Assembly: GCF_021869535.1 (NCBI RefSeq)
Contig: NW_026262668.1
Span: 109,678,001 to 109,742,000, forward strand
Direction of reading: 5' to 3'
DNA length: 64,000 bases
DNA from: Mytilus californianus
Taxonomy: Eukaryota
Below the pieces are notes generated by a model. The model was given only the letters and a program-made list of their open reading frames with translations, was not told the DNA's origin and searched no databases. Positions 38,256-51,294 of this stretch are shown one piece after another. Both the position numbers and the translations under genes were made by a program. The stretch's first letter is position 1. Each line of letters begins with the position of its first letter.

Positions 38256-41156
38256 TCAAAACATAGAGGCAAGTGCCTTGGAGAGTGTGACCGGTTCTGA
38301 ATTGCCACCCACTAACTTCTGCAAAAGCTCAATTTGGAGTTCCAGTTTTTTCTTTTGTAGGTCCATTTGAATGTTCTTCTTCTCTTGTATCACTAATTTA
38401 CCCTGCAGTGCACGATACTGTGTGTCATGTATGTCCTGCACTGTTATCTTTTTTGAGGGTGTTCTCACTATCCTACAAATAAAAAAAACATAATGATTTT
38501 TTTTTAAAAGATTGAATAATTTTACAACTCTTTTTATTGATCGATACCCAGGCATAATTCCACCAAATAGCTACTTACAACTCGGGGGGCCACTTTCTAT
38601 ATACAAAGTGATTGAACGACGTGCCGTTGGAATATGTCATGTTTTCCGGCTTGAAATATGTGAATAGGTGGGGAAAACTATCAGAAATATATGAAAAGGT
38701 AAAAAAAGTTCCAATTACTTGTATACTAAAAAGCCCTGTTTGAGACTGTCATTTTTCACATCCTAAAAAGTCTCGCCGTAAGTTGAATTAACATTACATA
38801 CAGAATCTTAGCCCTTATTTCATTGGCGGATCCAGAAATTTTCACAAGAGGGGGCCCACTCCAGTCATGCTTCAGTGATTCTCTATATAATCAACCAAAT
38901 TTTTCCCACAAAAGGGGGAAGGGGTGGGGGCGCTAGCCCCCTGGGCCCACCCACTAAATCTGCCTCTGAAATAACCACACGAAACACAACAAATATGAGA
39001 AAAGGTTACATTATTAACTACGCAATATAGGAAAAGGACTATACATTTTTAATATCTTAATTGTATTAATAGGGTGGGGTCACACTAGAACCCCAGCGGC
39101 ACCCCTATCAATCAAGTATTGATCCCACCACCACCACCACCATACCCGATGCTTACTTAGGTGCTGAAATGACTAAAACTTGAATACATTTAAAGTTATT
39201 ATAAGGAAATATATCACTATACCATAAAGTTCTATCCTTAGCAGAATTTGTCAATAATTTTTAGGTTTAGGTTTGAAAGATTGTCACGTTTAGTGATATT
39301 AATGACTGCATTGTCATGAAGAACCGATAGCAAAATCTCACTTTGAGGTTCATTGTTGGAAATATAAACATGCATTGACAAATTTAATTTTATACATTGT
39401 ATCAAGAAAAAAGTGTTGACCAAATAAACTAACGGAACCTGTTTACACAACACATTTTTAAAGAGTTCTTGTTGCAGGCAAGGATTTGTATAGTAGCATA
39501 TCTTACTATACAAATCCTTGTTGAAGGCCTTACTTTTAATTTCAGTGTCATTTTGGTCTCTTGTGGAGAGTTGTCTCATTGGCAATCATAACATATCTTC
39601 TTTTTTATATTTATTTTAAACTTACTTCCACTTTTCTGTAATACTTGTTTGTACTGGAACAACTGTTTGTGTTAGGATAGGGTCATATCCAGTCAGCAGA
39701 GATGGACTCTGTGGACTGAGAGGGGGTGGACTGTCACTGATAAGTGATGCTGCCGACTCATAGAGATCCTGGCTGGCATCTTCTTCTGGTAATGTGGCAG
39801 TGATAGTTAGTGGATCTGTAATAAATGAGAGAAAATTGACTTGTTGATACTGTGTTTGGGTATTTTATCTATCTGTTTATAGGGGGTCGGGACAATGGAA
39901 ACATATCATCATACATTAAATTCAGATACAATGTACTTTAAATTGCAAGTAAAAAAAAATTGCACAAGACTAAATAAGACCCTATTTCAACCCTTTAAAT
40001 ATTATTATGGGTCTCAGCTATAAACTATGTGTTCCTGTCTAGGTTCAGACTGCAACAACAAATAGATAAACTTTATTCCGGATTTAAGATAACCAGTCCG
40101 TATGTGTTTTAGTATTATAAATCATAACTGGTTTTTGCTCCAAATTATCTACTGTGGTTCCTTTTAATCTAACAACAGATACCAGTTTGGAGACGACTTG
40201 GCGGGCACCTGCCACTTGTGAACAAATGTTGAAAATAACACTTTAAAACCGTTATCAGTTTAAACAAATGCAATCTTGCAATAGTAAAACAAGAGCAGAA
40301 CCTTCAAACCAACAAGAAACACGTTGGCAATCATTTAAGTAATAGAAAATTGGTCAAAACAAATTGTTTTCAGTCACGTGATATCAGTTGGGAATTCCCC
40401 TACTTGTTGTGACGGCGGAGCAGACGAAACTTTTACAAAAATTGAATAAGGGAAACTATGTATCCCGGGATTAAAAAGGCTACGAATATGTGTGTTATTT
40501 TCATCGAATTTCATTAAAAATTAACAATAACAATAAAAAAAAACACCTTCAAAACAAAATTTTGCCAAAAATTGTTTGTTTATGAAAATTAAAAACATTT
40601 AGTTGATTGAAACTGTTAAAGTTCACTTTTTTACAAGGTGCAATAAAAAGGGTAGAGCCCTGAGAAGTTCTAATTAAGGGAAAAAAAACATTTGGGGATA
40701 TATTCTTATGTGCTAAAAATTATTTACATACTTGTCTGGAATGACCCTGTTTCAAGTCCACCCTGAATCCCTGTGAAGCTGGTGGTGTCCTTCATCAGGT
40801 GGATAACCCTCTCCACTGCTGTGCTGGGTTGCTTTGGAGCTGGTCCTCCCCCAGTTTTGAGTATTTCATTCCTGTGTTTTGAATAAACGGCCTTGGCCAC
40901 TCTTGTGGTGTTCCTCCATTTGTTTCGTACTTCTGTTGAAGTACGAAGAGCAACTCCAAGAGAATTTACCTTGATGGTAATCTCATCCGAAATGTCTTTT
41001 CTTTAACTTATTTGTTACTGTGTTTGTTAATTTTCCATTTATGATGTTGGAGTTTTTTTCCACAAGCTGTGGTATCAAGTCTTCTTCTGCCACAGTAAAA
41101 TTGGTCTTCTTTAGCCTTTTCAGTTTGCTTGGGGTTTGTTCAACTGGTTCAGCCAT
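38256..41156 (-). pseudogene. Harbinger Myb/SANT-like partner gene, 3 exons (41156-40732, 39815-39626, 38472-38256), with one +1 frameshift
   Basis: KKTNFT..E..L..LV..VTNKLKK / EI..VNSLGVA.RT..EVRNKWRN..KTGGG. Phases 1 and 2 match. Exon 1 is 425 nt where 424 is needed (extra A near 40997-41000); 276 aa if repaired. C-terminal coiled coil. Confidence 0.85.
38821..38967. mobile_element. Short decayed MITE (GGCGGATCCAG-type TIR) in a Myb-gene intron
   Basis: GGCGGATCCAG ... CTAAATCTGCC, imperfect inverted ends. Confidence 0.45.
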
Positions 41157-42367
41157 TTTTTTTACAGACAGGAAGCTCATAAACAATGAATGGTGGGTAG
41201 GTTTTATTTAATCACTTGATTAATCAGTTGATTAAATTTTAACGCATTGATTAATCAGTTGATTAAATTTTAATTCATTGATTATTTAATCAACGCGTTA
41301 AATATTGTTGAACAACAGAAAATAAACGACTCGTTAAAAAATTTAACGACTCGTTAAATTTAATCAATCGTTAAAATAACGACAAGATGAACAACAGAGC
41401 CCAGTTGTTTACAATTTGGACATTGTTGAATAATTATCTCATTGGAAAGTCATTCCACATTTCTTTTTTTTCATATAATATCAAATTAGTTTATAGTTTA
41501 TCTGTCGACATTTATTTCTGATAGACGAGTTGGTATATTAAAAGTTATATTTTTGCACAATGTTTATCGTATACGTTGTACGGATGATTATGATGTAACG
41601 TCAAATATCGTTTAGCCTAAGTTGAGGCATTCACCGGTATTTGGTAGGCATGATACGTTTCCACAATGTACATACAGAGATTTTAAATGTTGACACTCAG
41701 ATTTAAAAAAAAAGAAAACACTCACCGACAGACTAAGATCCCCCCCCCCAAAAAAAAAAAATAAATACATAGACCTCAATATAGAAGATCACTTCGTTAA
41801 CTCAGAAGACGACAATAACCTTCTACCTTATAAATACTCTTCCACATGATCTGGTATAATATAAACTGAAAAGTAATTGAAAAAGTAAAATAACAAAAAT
41901 ACCAAACTCCAAGGGAAATTCAAATTCTCAAACACATTAAACGAATGGAAAACAACTGCCATATTCCTGACTTGGTATAGGCATTTCCTTATGTAGAAAA
42001 TGGTGGATTAAACCTGGTTTTATAGCTAGCTAAATCTCTCACTTGTATGACATTCGCATATAATTCCATTATATTGACAACAATGTATGAGCAAAACAAA
42101 CAGACTTGATTTTGGGGCCCTTTATAGCTTGCTGTACGGTGTGAGCCAAGGCTCCGTGTTGAAGGCCGTCATTTGACCTATAATTGTTAACTTTTTATAC
42201 ATTGTGGCTTGGATTGAGAGTTGTCTCTTTGGCACTCATACCACATCTTATTTATAATAAAAGGTAAAAATGTCAAAAATTGGGGTATAGCAGTCAACAT
42301 AGTAATATAATCTTAATCACTATAAAACAAATGAATGGGCGTTAAAAGTTGAACTTCATCTTTGAAG

Positions 42368-42495
42368 TCAATTAACCCAACGGAACCATAATTGGATGTT
42401 CAATTAACCCAACGGAACCATAATTGGTTGTTCAATTAACCCATGAGAAACAAGATTGGATGTTCAATCAACCCATTGGAACCAAAATTGGATGT
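42368..42495 (+). repeat. 4 x 32-bp tandem repeat
   Basis: TCAATTAACCCAACGGAACCATAATTGGATGT units start at 42368, 42400, 42432 and 42464. Confidence 0.95.
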
Positions 42496-43713
42496 AATGT
42501 TAATTGAAAGGTCCATTGCATATCATGTGATTTTGTTGTAAATTTTACATTCATATAACCACCAGCATCAATAATGTAGTCGATTTTGCCATGACCAAAA
42601 CGATTCCCCATTTTTGTAGAAACATCACATTTTAAAGAAGATGTTGTCGGTCTTTCAATCGAGCATAGGGCATCAAAGTTTTAATATTAGTGAAAACTTG
42701 TAAATATTGTAAAAACAATGAACCTTATTTGGAAGAGAAATAATCTAAGAGCAATTAAGTTGATCCTTTACTATAACTGCAAATTTCCCATTTGCTTTAG
42801 GAAAACTTATCTAACTGGTCGATAGAAATATTTTTACTTTATTACCCTTAAACAAAACAATTTATCTGCAACGAGCTCAAGAGACTGGAAAACAACCAAA
42901 AATAAACAATGTTGCATTGGAATATAGTGCTATCTGAAAACATAATTGAAGTTAAATGATAATTTCTGTGCCCTTTGCGACTTGAAAATAATTACAGTAA
43001 AGAAGCCCATCGTCTCAAATTACAATATCATTATCTAATGAAGGATGTGTATCACTTAAAGTAGAAGATAAGATAGGAGCCATTTCCACAAACTTAAAGA
43101 AAATGTGCTACATTTTGCACATGTGCATTCAGGCAACAATAATTTACCGATGTACAAATCTCAAAATTCGAGTAAGAAGACGAATTAAGTTTAGCAAATA
43201 AAAACTGAGGAAATCGCACGAACTCCAGAAGGTGCGAGACCGGATGCGTCTCCTGTCATGACTGCAGCACCCACCCACCATGAGAATTCATACTCAGTTA
43301 AAATTTCACAATCGGGTCTAAGACACAATCGCTTAAATTTCAGACCAGACGACCACTCGATCTAGTACCTAAATATCTAAGACTGCGAAAACATTTGGCT
43401 AATGAGTTGATACACAGATATATCATACAGGTCAACCAATTCGTGATGGTGACCGTAAAATTTATGAAGCGTCGATTTAAGTCGTTCTTCCTTTTAATAA
43501 ATATTAGTATTATATCAGTAATTTAGTGTTCTACTTACCTAGAACCTAGATTTGGAGGATGTGCCAGATATGTTCCAATTGTTGTAACTACAATCCCGTC
43601 CCCTTTTTCGTGTTGCTCGTAGTTTTCTTGGTTGTGTTTTGTGTACTGTTGTTTGTCTGTTTGTTTTTTTCTTTATAGCCATGGTATTGTCAATTTATTT
43701 TCGTCCATCCAAA

Positions 43714-43802
43714 GACTCCTGAATTAGCCAAAGTCGCTAGCATAGAGTCTGATATGGATCGAGAGTAATAAGGAGCTAGCGACTTTGGCTAATACAGGAG
43801 TC
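43714..43802. repeat. 89-bp hairpin (28-bp arms, one mismatch)
   Basis: GACTCCTGAATTAGCCAAAGTCGCTAGC / GCTAGCGACTTTGGCTAATACAGGAGTC. Confidence 0.9.
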
Positions 43803-44483
43803 AGTATTTGACCTACAATGGCTATTTCAGTCATAGTTTTTGAGAAAATAGATATGAGCCTAGGCCTTACCAAAAAGAAGATTTTACACATATTACTATC
43901 TTTGTACAATATATCTTGTACTTAAATATATTTTTAACCATGGCTCCTATGTAAATATTAATGACGATCTCAAAATAAATTATTACAGTTTTGTACTAAA
44001 TGCAAGAAGTTTGAAGCCTTAATGCAAATATGCAAGACGAAATTCAAAATTGTCGTTATCTTATTTTCATGCTTTCTACTTTCAAATAAAAATACAATAA
44101 TAAGTTTTTGTAATGCGCAAAATTCTGTTTATTTCATATCTAATGTGTAAAAGCGATGAACTTTTCAGATTACTCTTTTTTTATTTTTTTTTTTTTCAGA
44201 TTGTACATGTGTTATAGATACATAAATTACCGGTATCTTATCCCGGTCTCTTAAACTTTAGTATTATATACAGATCATTTTCATGGTTATAACATGATTG
44301 TACACAATATACAATTTACACAATAGTTAGGTTGATAAATATCCTATTCTAGTTTTCTTACAATTTATAGAAAGGAACATTTATGTTTTGTATATTTTGA
44401 GTCAGTTTGTTAAAATGAAAAAAATAAAGAAAATAAAAAAAAATTAATTAATTAAAAACCATAGATTTAATGAATTCTGTATA

Positions 44484-45556
44484 ATGAACATTCCCTTGTC
44501 ACCATCTTACGGTGTTTATATATCTCAACTTGTACGATTCGCTCGTGTATGTAACAATGTTTTAGATTTTAAAGAGAGAAATTTATGTATTACTGAAAAA
44601 TTATTACACCAGGGTTTTCGATATCACAAACTAGTCAAAACATTTACTAAATTTTATCATCGGTATAAGGACATCATTCGTAAATATAGCTCAACATGCA
44701 GACTTCTTATACGTTCAGGTATTTCACATCCAATTTTTTATGGAAATATTCTTTATAAAGCACAAAAATGTCAGTATTCACCTCTGAAACTAACAAAACC
44801 TTTAAATAGACTTATTAAGAAGGGATATAGTTACGATACTGTTGTCAGGTCATTAAAGATTGCATATTTTGGCGTTAATATTGATTCACTTATAGGGTCT
44901 TTGCATCGGCACTAAACACATTTATTTAAAAACCAGTTGTTGGCATGACACGGGTTATGTTCTTCTCATATATGTTATGATGGTATGATACTAAACCCCT
45001 AACGGGAAGGATTGTGCCTGTTATTCATATGATGAAGACATAATCTTTCAATCAGTTTAATTGAAGTCTGGAGCTGGCATGTCAGTTAACTGCTAGTAGT
45101 CTGTTGTTATTTATGTATTATTGTCATTTTGTTTATTTTCTTTGGTTACATCTTCTGACATCAGACTCGGACTTCTCTTGAACTGAATTTTAATGTGCGT
45201 ATTGTTATGCGTTTACTTTTCTACATTGGCTAGAGGTATAGGGGGAGGGTTGAGATCTCATAAACATGTTTAACCCCGCCGCATTTTTGCGCCTGTCCCA
45301 AGTCAGGAGCCTCTAGCCTTTGTTAGTCTTGTATTATTTTTAATTTTAGTTTCTTGTGTACAATTTGGAGTTTAGTATGGCGTTCATTATCACTGAACTA
45401 GTATATATATTTGTTTAGGGGCCAGTTGAAGGACGCCTCCGGGTGCGGGAATTTCTCGCTGCATTGAAGACCTGTTGGTGACCTTCTGCTGTTGTCTGTT
45501 CTATGGTCGGGTTGTTGTCTCTTTGACACATTCCCCATTCCCATTCTCAATTTTAT
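44484..45556 (+). mobile_element. 5'-truncated Naiad-type Penelope-like element (RT C-terminus plus 3' UTR)
   Basis: PSYGVYISQLVRFAR..ITEKLLHQGFRYHKLVKTFTKFYHRY is clearly homologous to 53768-54187. Followed by a SECIS-like hairpin and a tail ending ...ccattctcaattttatt. Confidence 0.85.
44955..45043 (+). promoter_or_regulatory. SECIS-like element (type II), 3' core strand mutated
   Basis: A-TGAT (44977-44981); helix II GGTATGAT / ATTGTGCC; unpaired TAAA; mini-helix CCC/GGG; helix I ttatgttcttctcatat / atatgatgaagacataa. The 3' core reads TGTT, not TGAT. Confidence 0.7.
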
Positions 45557-45789
45557 TCATATGAATGTCCAAAGAATATCTATATTTGATTCAAATTTTG
45601 GAGAATGAATTATATTTTTCTGCAACCAGTTTAGTAATGTTGTCGCATTTGCGTTGTTTATATTCAATTATTTTATCATGCAGACAAAGCTAGTTTTTTA
45701 GCATTTCAAATACGTCGATTTGCTTTTTTTTCTGTTTAGACATATACTATACTTTGTACACACTAAAGTAAAATAGTCAGAACATCATT

Positions 45790-48700
45790 AAAACAATACT
45801 AATCTTTATTATTTGGCTTGTACCCATATGAAAGAGTATTTATTGATAAAATATGATGTCCAATTCTAATTTCATCAAGTAACAGTTTTAATTTCAGATA
45901 TTTGCATGTTAAAAAGTAATGTTCATAATCTACAATAACATTACATATATGACATAAAGGAATTTTCGCTATTTTCCAGGAGAAAAGTAGTTGTTTAGAT
46001 GGTAATATGTAATGTAAAAATTTCAACCTTACCTTTTTCAACTTGTTTTCTTGTAAACGATTGAAAATGAAAAGTAAAATAACAAACATACCGAGATCGA
46101 ATGAAAATTCAAAACGGAAAGTCCCGTATCAAATGGCAAAATCAAAAGCTCAAACACATCAAACGAATGGAAAACAACTGTCAACCTCCTGACTTAGTAC
46201 AGGCATTTCCTTATGTAGAAAATGGTGGATTAAACCTGGTTTTATAGCTAGCATTTACATGTACTCTTTTTTTTTTGGTTGGAGTAATCTGTCTCTCCTG
46301 ATTTTCAAGTCCTATTGCTTTCTCGCAATCTCTTTATGTTTCTGCATCAATTCAAAAATGTTTTAAATAAAGGAACCATGAGAGCCCCATAGGTCAGTGT
46401 TAATTCTGGAACACCACGATTAAACTGTTTGCAAATAAGAATCTGTTACTGTATTTCGAGTATAAATTCCAGAGTCAACACATAAGTAATATAGCAATCT
46501 GAAACCATTAACTTATCAACTGTTGATATATAAAAGATGCAAGCCCATGAAATCCTCCTAGTCTTATGATGTGGGAGTAAAAAACTTCTGTCATAGATTA
46601 TTTTTCTTTTGGGCAACAAGAGACAATTGCTGGTCAAACGTTCGAACAGCATTTTGCTGAACATACCTAAACATTATTTCACAGTGGTATATAAAATAAA
46701 CGGTTGTCATGTTGCTAGGTTTGATGTCTATGATCGGAGCATAGCCTAGAAATGTATCTTTAAATTTGAATTATGATAGCCTTTTGTAAAAGCCGGTAGG
46801 AATTGGGACAATTTTTTAAGTATTTTCTGCAGAAATGGGAATTGGATCTTAGTTTTGTCTTGAAATAAATCGGAAAAATATCCAAAACATGTCAGATGTA
46901 TCTATTTTTTCCCTTGAAACAAAACTTAATATTAGCGTTAGCATAGGAAAAACAAGGTCAATATAGTTTTTTTAGCTTGTCGATTGGTAAGCATGCAATA
47001 AGTTTGATATTAGAATCATCAAGCGTGAAAGAACTTTATAGGTCAAGTTTAACCTCACAGGAACTTATGATATCGTTTGGTGTGTCTTTTTTTATTCTGA
47101 AGGATAGCCATAGGTATGGAGTGAAAGGTTTTTTTTACCATGAATTGTCTCAGGATTGGTGTCAATATTATAAGCTCCCTCCCGATTTTATGACCACCTT
47201 CTTCAAACCCAGCAATACCGTTAGATTTTTTGTTTGGATTCTGCCTATTTCCAAATTTTCTAAGCTAGTGAGATGTCTTCTTACTTCCGAGTATGATGCA
47301 AAAAGCTATTGGAATTAAGATTGTCAATCATATTTTTTCACACAAGCTCATGCTGTAGTTCTAATGCCAACTCAAGATGAAATGGGTAAAAAAAATAGTT
47401 GTTTAATGTAAATATACATTCTGCTATTACCAATCTTTTCACATCTTGTCGGCAGGAAGTTCAGAAGCATTACCCTTACCATTGAAACTTTAAGCATCAA
47501 TTATACACAACAAAAACTTCGTAAGTAATCAAGGAATGTGTTGCGTAGTGTATGACATATAGTTTGGTAAGTCCAATTTGATATATCTAAGAACTGCATT
47601 TAACTAGAAACTGTCGAAGCGGCTGCTAGCAATGTTTGGTCTTCATTTATAGTTATTGTCTCAATTTCGATTTCAATTTCTGACAGTATTTATCCAGATA
47701 TATTTTAAATGGCTAGCTGCTTGAATGACTTCAGAAATTGAGATTGAACTAATGAACCCTACATTTGATTCTCCCCGTTCTTACTGTTTCCTTTTAACGA
47801 CTGATTTTCTATATTTTTTTTCTTACCTTTACTGTATTTTGGCTTAAGTGTACGTTGTTTTCAATTCGTGAAGTAGGAAGCAGCAGTATTTTTTTCAAAA
47901 GAAAAGACAAAACAAATGCATTTTTATGAACAAGCAAGTCTTCATGGATGTCACCCATCAGGCAATGAGAAGCCTTCTCGTAAAACATCCAACTCATCGT
48001 TTAATTCTTCTTTCTTTGGAATGCTAGCATATAAAGTAAAAACAAAACCAAACAATCCATGTAGTGAAGGGCATCAGTTTAAAATTCTTGTGAAAAAGGA
48101 GTGATTTTAATTCTAAATCTGGTTTTTGACCATTTATTCTATTCTTGAAGTCCTTCGTCAGCTTCAGTTTAACGCAGATGTTTGTCATGTTAGTATTAGT
48201 ACTATTTGCGCTTGCAGAAAATACAAGCAGTCCAGTCAAAAAGCGTGGACATTATTCTGGTCAGATTAGACAAGAAACAAAATGATTGAGCAACGGCATA
48301 GAAAGTATCTGTATGATCATTTAAAATATCAGGCTGTGTTAAATTTTTTAAATTTACAATACTAGTGTATGCATTATTACAAGATTTGTGATAATGATAC
48401 CTTTTATATCAACATCTTCAAGCAAACTATACAAACTTCGTGAAGTCGGTGGCACACACACTCTTTTTCTTGTATTCACATTATTATAATGTCTCAAAAA
48501 ATATGTAAAAAACGTGAATTCAAAACTTTACAAAATGAAGTTGTATGATTTTTTATCTCAAAACAATTGGAAGATATCGATATAACGTATTTACAAATGT
48601 CGTAACCACTCCGTGGATAAAAAACAGATTGCATATTTTTAAAAGTGAGTGAAAACGAATATAACAAGGCTAAATTGGGAGAATTATAGTTTTATGGGAT

Positions 48701-50480
48701 GAATTAGCGCTTTAACTCTTCATAAGAAGCCAAATCAAGTGTTTGATGACGAAAAAAAAGAAACGAAAAAATGTTATCAAGTAAATTTTGAATGAAAAAA
48801 TCCACATGTCTTTTTCTTTCATTTTATGAAAAATTGCACCGCGGGATATGGATTCGATCTGGCAAAAAAGTATGATTAAGGTATTGGCTTTGCAAAAAGA
48901 TAATGTTTAGCCTGCAGTTATGCCGGTCTATTAAAGTCGTAAAGTAAGAACCTTTTTTCTTGATTTGTCACTCCACTAAAGAGGGAAAGATAAATGTCTT
49001 TATAAGATAATTTTGTATTGTATCTTTTTACCATTCCAAATTTGAAATTCAAACTCAGAATTAGTAGCAACTTTCGTTTTAATTGATTCTTCTTTCGGTA
49101 GCATATGCAACCACTTTTTTGGTATTGTTTTCCTTTTTATTCTGTAGTTAGTCCCAACTTCGGTTTTATCATGTATATCTATTATATATTCATTTTATAA
49201 AATTTACTGTTTGCAAAATTATAAATTATTCTAATAATAAGGATGTTCTTGTCCCAGGCAGAAAACCCTGGTCGTGTTAGGCGCAACTTTTTGGAAGTTT
49301 TGGTCCTCGGTGCTCTTTAGCTTTGTACTTGTTTTGGCTTTTAAACTTTTTTCATCTGAGCGTCACTGGTTGGTCTTGTGTGGACGAGACGCACGTCTGG
49401 CGTATCGAATTTTAAGCCCAATACATTTTGTTAGCCATTATTCGTGTGTTTCTTTGTCCTATATGTTCTCCCATTTATTTGTATTGTGGTCCTGTCATGT
49501 GATGTTGTCGTTTTGGTGTTGTGTTTGACGTTGCCATAAAAGCGGGAGGTTTGGCATGCCACAAAACAAGGTTCAACCCACCATTTTTTTCTTAAAATGT
49601 CCTGTACCAAGTCAGGAAAATGGCCATTGTTATATTATAGTTCGTTTCTGTGTGTGTTACATTTTAATGTTGTGTTTTTGTTGTGTCGTTGTTCTCCTCT
49701 TATATTTGATGCGTTTCCCTCAGTTTTGGTTTGTAACCCGGATTTGTTTTTATCTCTATAGATTTATGAGTTTCGAACAGCGGTATACTACTGTTGCCTT
49801 TATTTTTCCCTAATTAAGAGAATTCCGAAAACCAAATGGCATGCAAAGATAGTTTATTTGATATCATGTTTTGATTAATTTTCCCTAATTATATCATTGA
49901 AAAATAGAACATAACTTTATATCCAATTTTGGAAGATAAGACATTATCCATTTATTTTGATATATTTTAAAATCTTCAATCTTTTAATTTATCAATTAAA
50001 TTTAAATTGTCAAAACTCATTCTGGATATAAGAAATTCTTGTCTATATTCATAAAAGTAGAATATTGGTATGACTTTCTAATTATGTGATGAGTCGTCAT
50101 TATGAATGAGTCTTCCTACCCAAATAATATTATTAATGATTTGACAACCGTTATCTTTTCTACTATTGTTAAGGTCTTTTCTTATTCCATTCGTTATTTA
50201 TTTTTTCTGATTTCTCGTACTGTCGTTGCAGATTTAATTTTTTACATTCATTTTTATTAAGTCCAAAATATATGCATTGGGCCTTAAAGTTTATGGTTCC
50301 GTATGTCCATCTAATATTTTCAACCTTTTCTCTACACAAATTCCCATGCCATATTCCATCTGTTTTATTCCTAATTAGCTTAAGGCCAAAGAGTGATCCC
50401 AAAATTTCGATTATATTCAATGTAATTGAAACTTGTTTTGAATTTACAAATATAGTACATTACTTGTAGGAAATAAACCT
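45790..50480 (-). pseudogene. Fragmented L1/Tx1-like LINE ORF2 remnants, interrupted by other repeats
   Basis: 50169-50420: LFGLKLIRNKTDGIW..IYFG..ECKKLN (post-RT). About 47200: GGL..D-like motif. 45799-46050: FLHYILP..CHIC..DYEHYFLTC (zf-RVT/CCHC). Confidence 0.55.
49361..49402 (+). ncRNA. Decayed type I minimal hammerhead ribozyme
   Basis: cgtca-CTGGTTG-GTC ttgtgtg GAC-GAGA-cgcacg-TC-tggcg. Same architecture as 29903-29944, with both core strands mutated. Confidence 0.55.
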
Positions 50481-51294
50481 GAATGTTCTGGATTACGACA
50501 ATGTTTTAATACCTCGAAAAAAACACATTATACCAAAATTGATAATACATTCAAAGGATCATTTTACTTTTACTCTCCTTTACTTTGCTACGGACACCAC
50601 GTCAAATATATCTTAATTAAAAACCGTGTATTTGCATGTATTGGTTTGGTTCGTCGTTGGTTTTGATAAAAAAAAAATTGACCCACATGAAATTTTCCGA
50701 TATACGACACTCATAGTTTTTTTTAAATTTCGAGTTGAATCAACCTGTGAGTCATTAGCAAACTATAAAAAATAACGCATGCTGAAAAATATTCGTTCCA
50801 GTATGAAATGAAGACTAACATATTAAAGATTTCTAAACTTTCATTTGTGCTTTTCAGATTTATCTGGTAGGGTGTAATGTAAAGCCAGTGAAGTGTATGA
50901 TTTTCAAGACAGTGGTAATGATTAAAGTTAGTGCACCTTACGAGAATGCAACGCGTAAAGATACTTTTCAATTGAGGCTGAAAATAGTAGTCTCTTTAAT
51001 TCCTACAATTACGGAAAAAGACGTTTCCCCAAAAGACGTGACAACTGAACATCTTGACGAAATTAATGGAGTCTGCCAAATACCAGTGAACACACCTAAT
51101 ATATTATTGTTGTCATTAAAATACTGTTTGACTTATAGATGTTCCACATTAGTTGATTGTATATCTGCTTTTATATGGGATGTCACGAATGACTTCGACC
51201 CTGCAACGCCAAGACGTAAACATCATGAAGCGCATAAAGAGTCCAAGCTAGGTATTTATTTATAGGATTGCTAGAATTGATTAAATTTTTGTTG

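Larger units (their letters stand above)
33022..41401. mobile_element. Complete PIF/Harbinger DNA transposon (8.4 kb) with convergent transposase and Myb/SANT genes
   Basis: TIR GG(G/C)TCTGTTGTTCA(A/T)CTTGTCGTTA; CAG TSD at 33019-33021 and 41402-41404; both expected genes present. Confidence 0.93.

Noticed and set aside
42368-42495. Regularly spaced 32-bp repeats resembling a CRISPR array
   Set aside because: Head-to-tail units with no unique spacers, no cas genes, and a eukaryotic context.
50858-51265. 125-aa ORF upstream of the Naiad as a host exon
   Set aside because: No recognisable domain; it may be decayed 5' sequence of the Naiad or a chance ORF.
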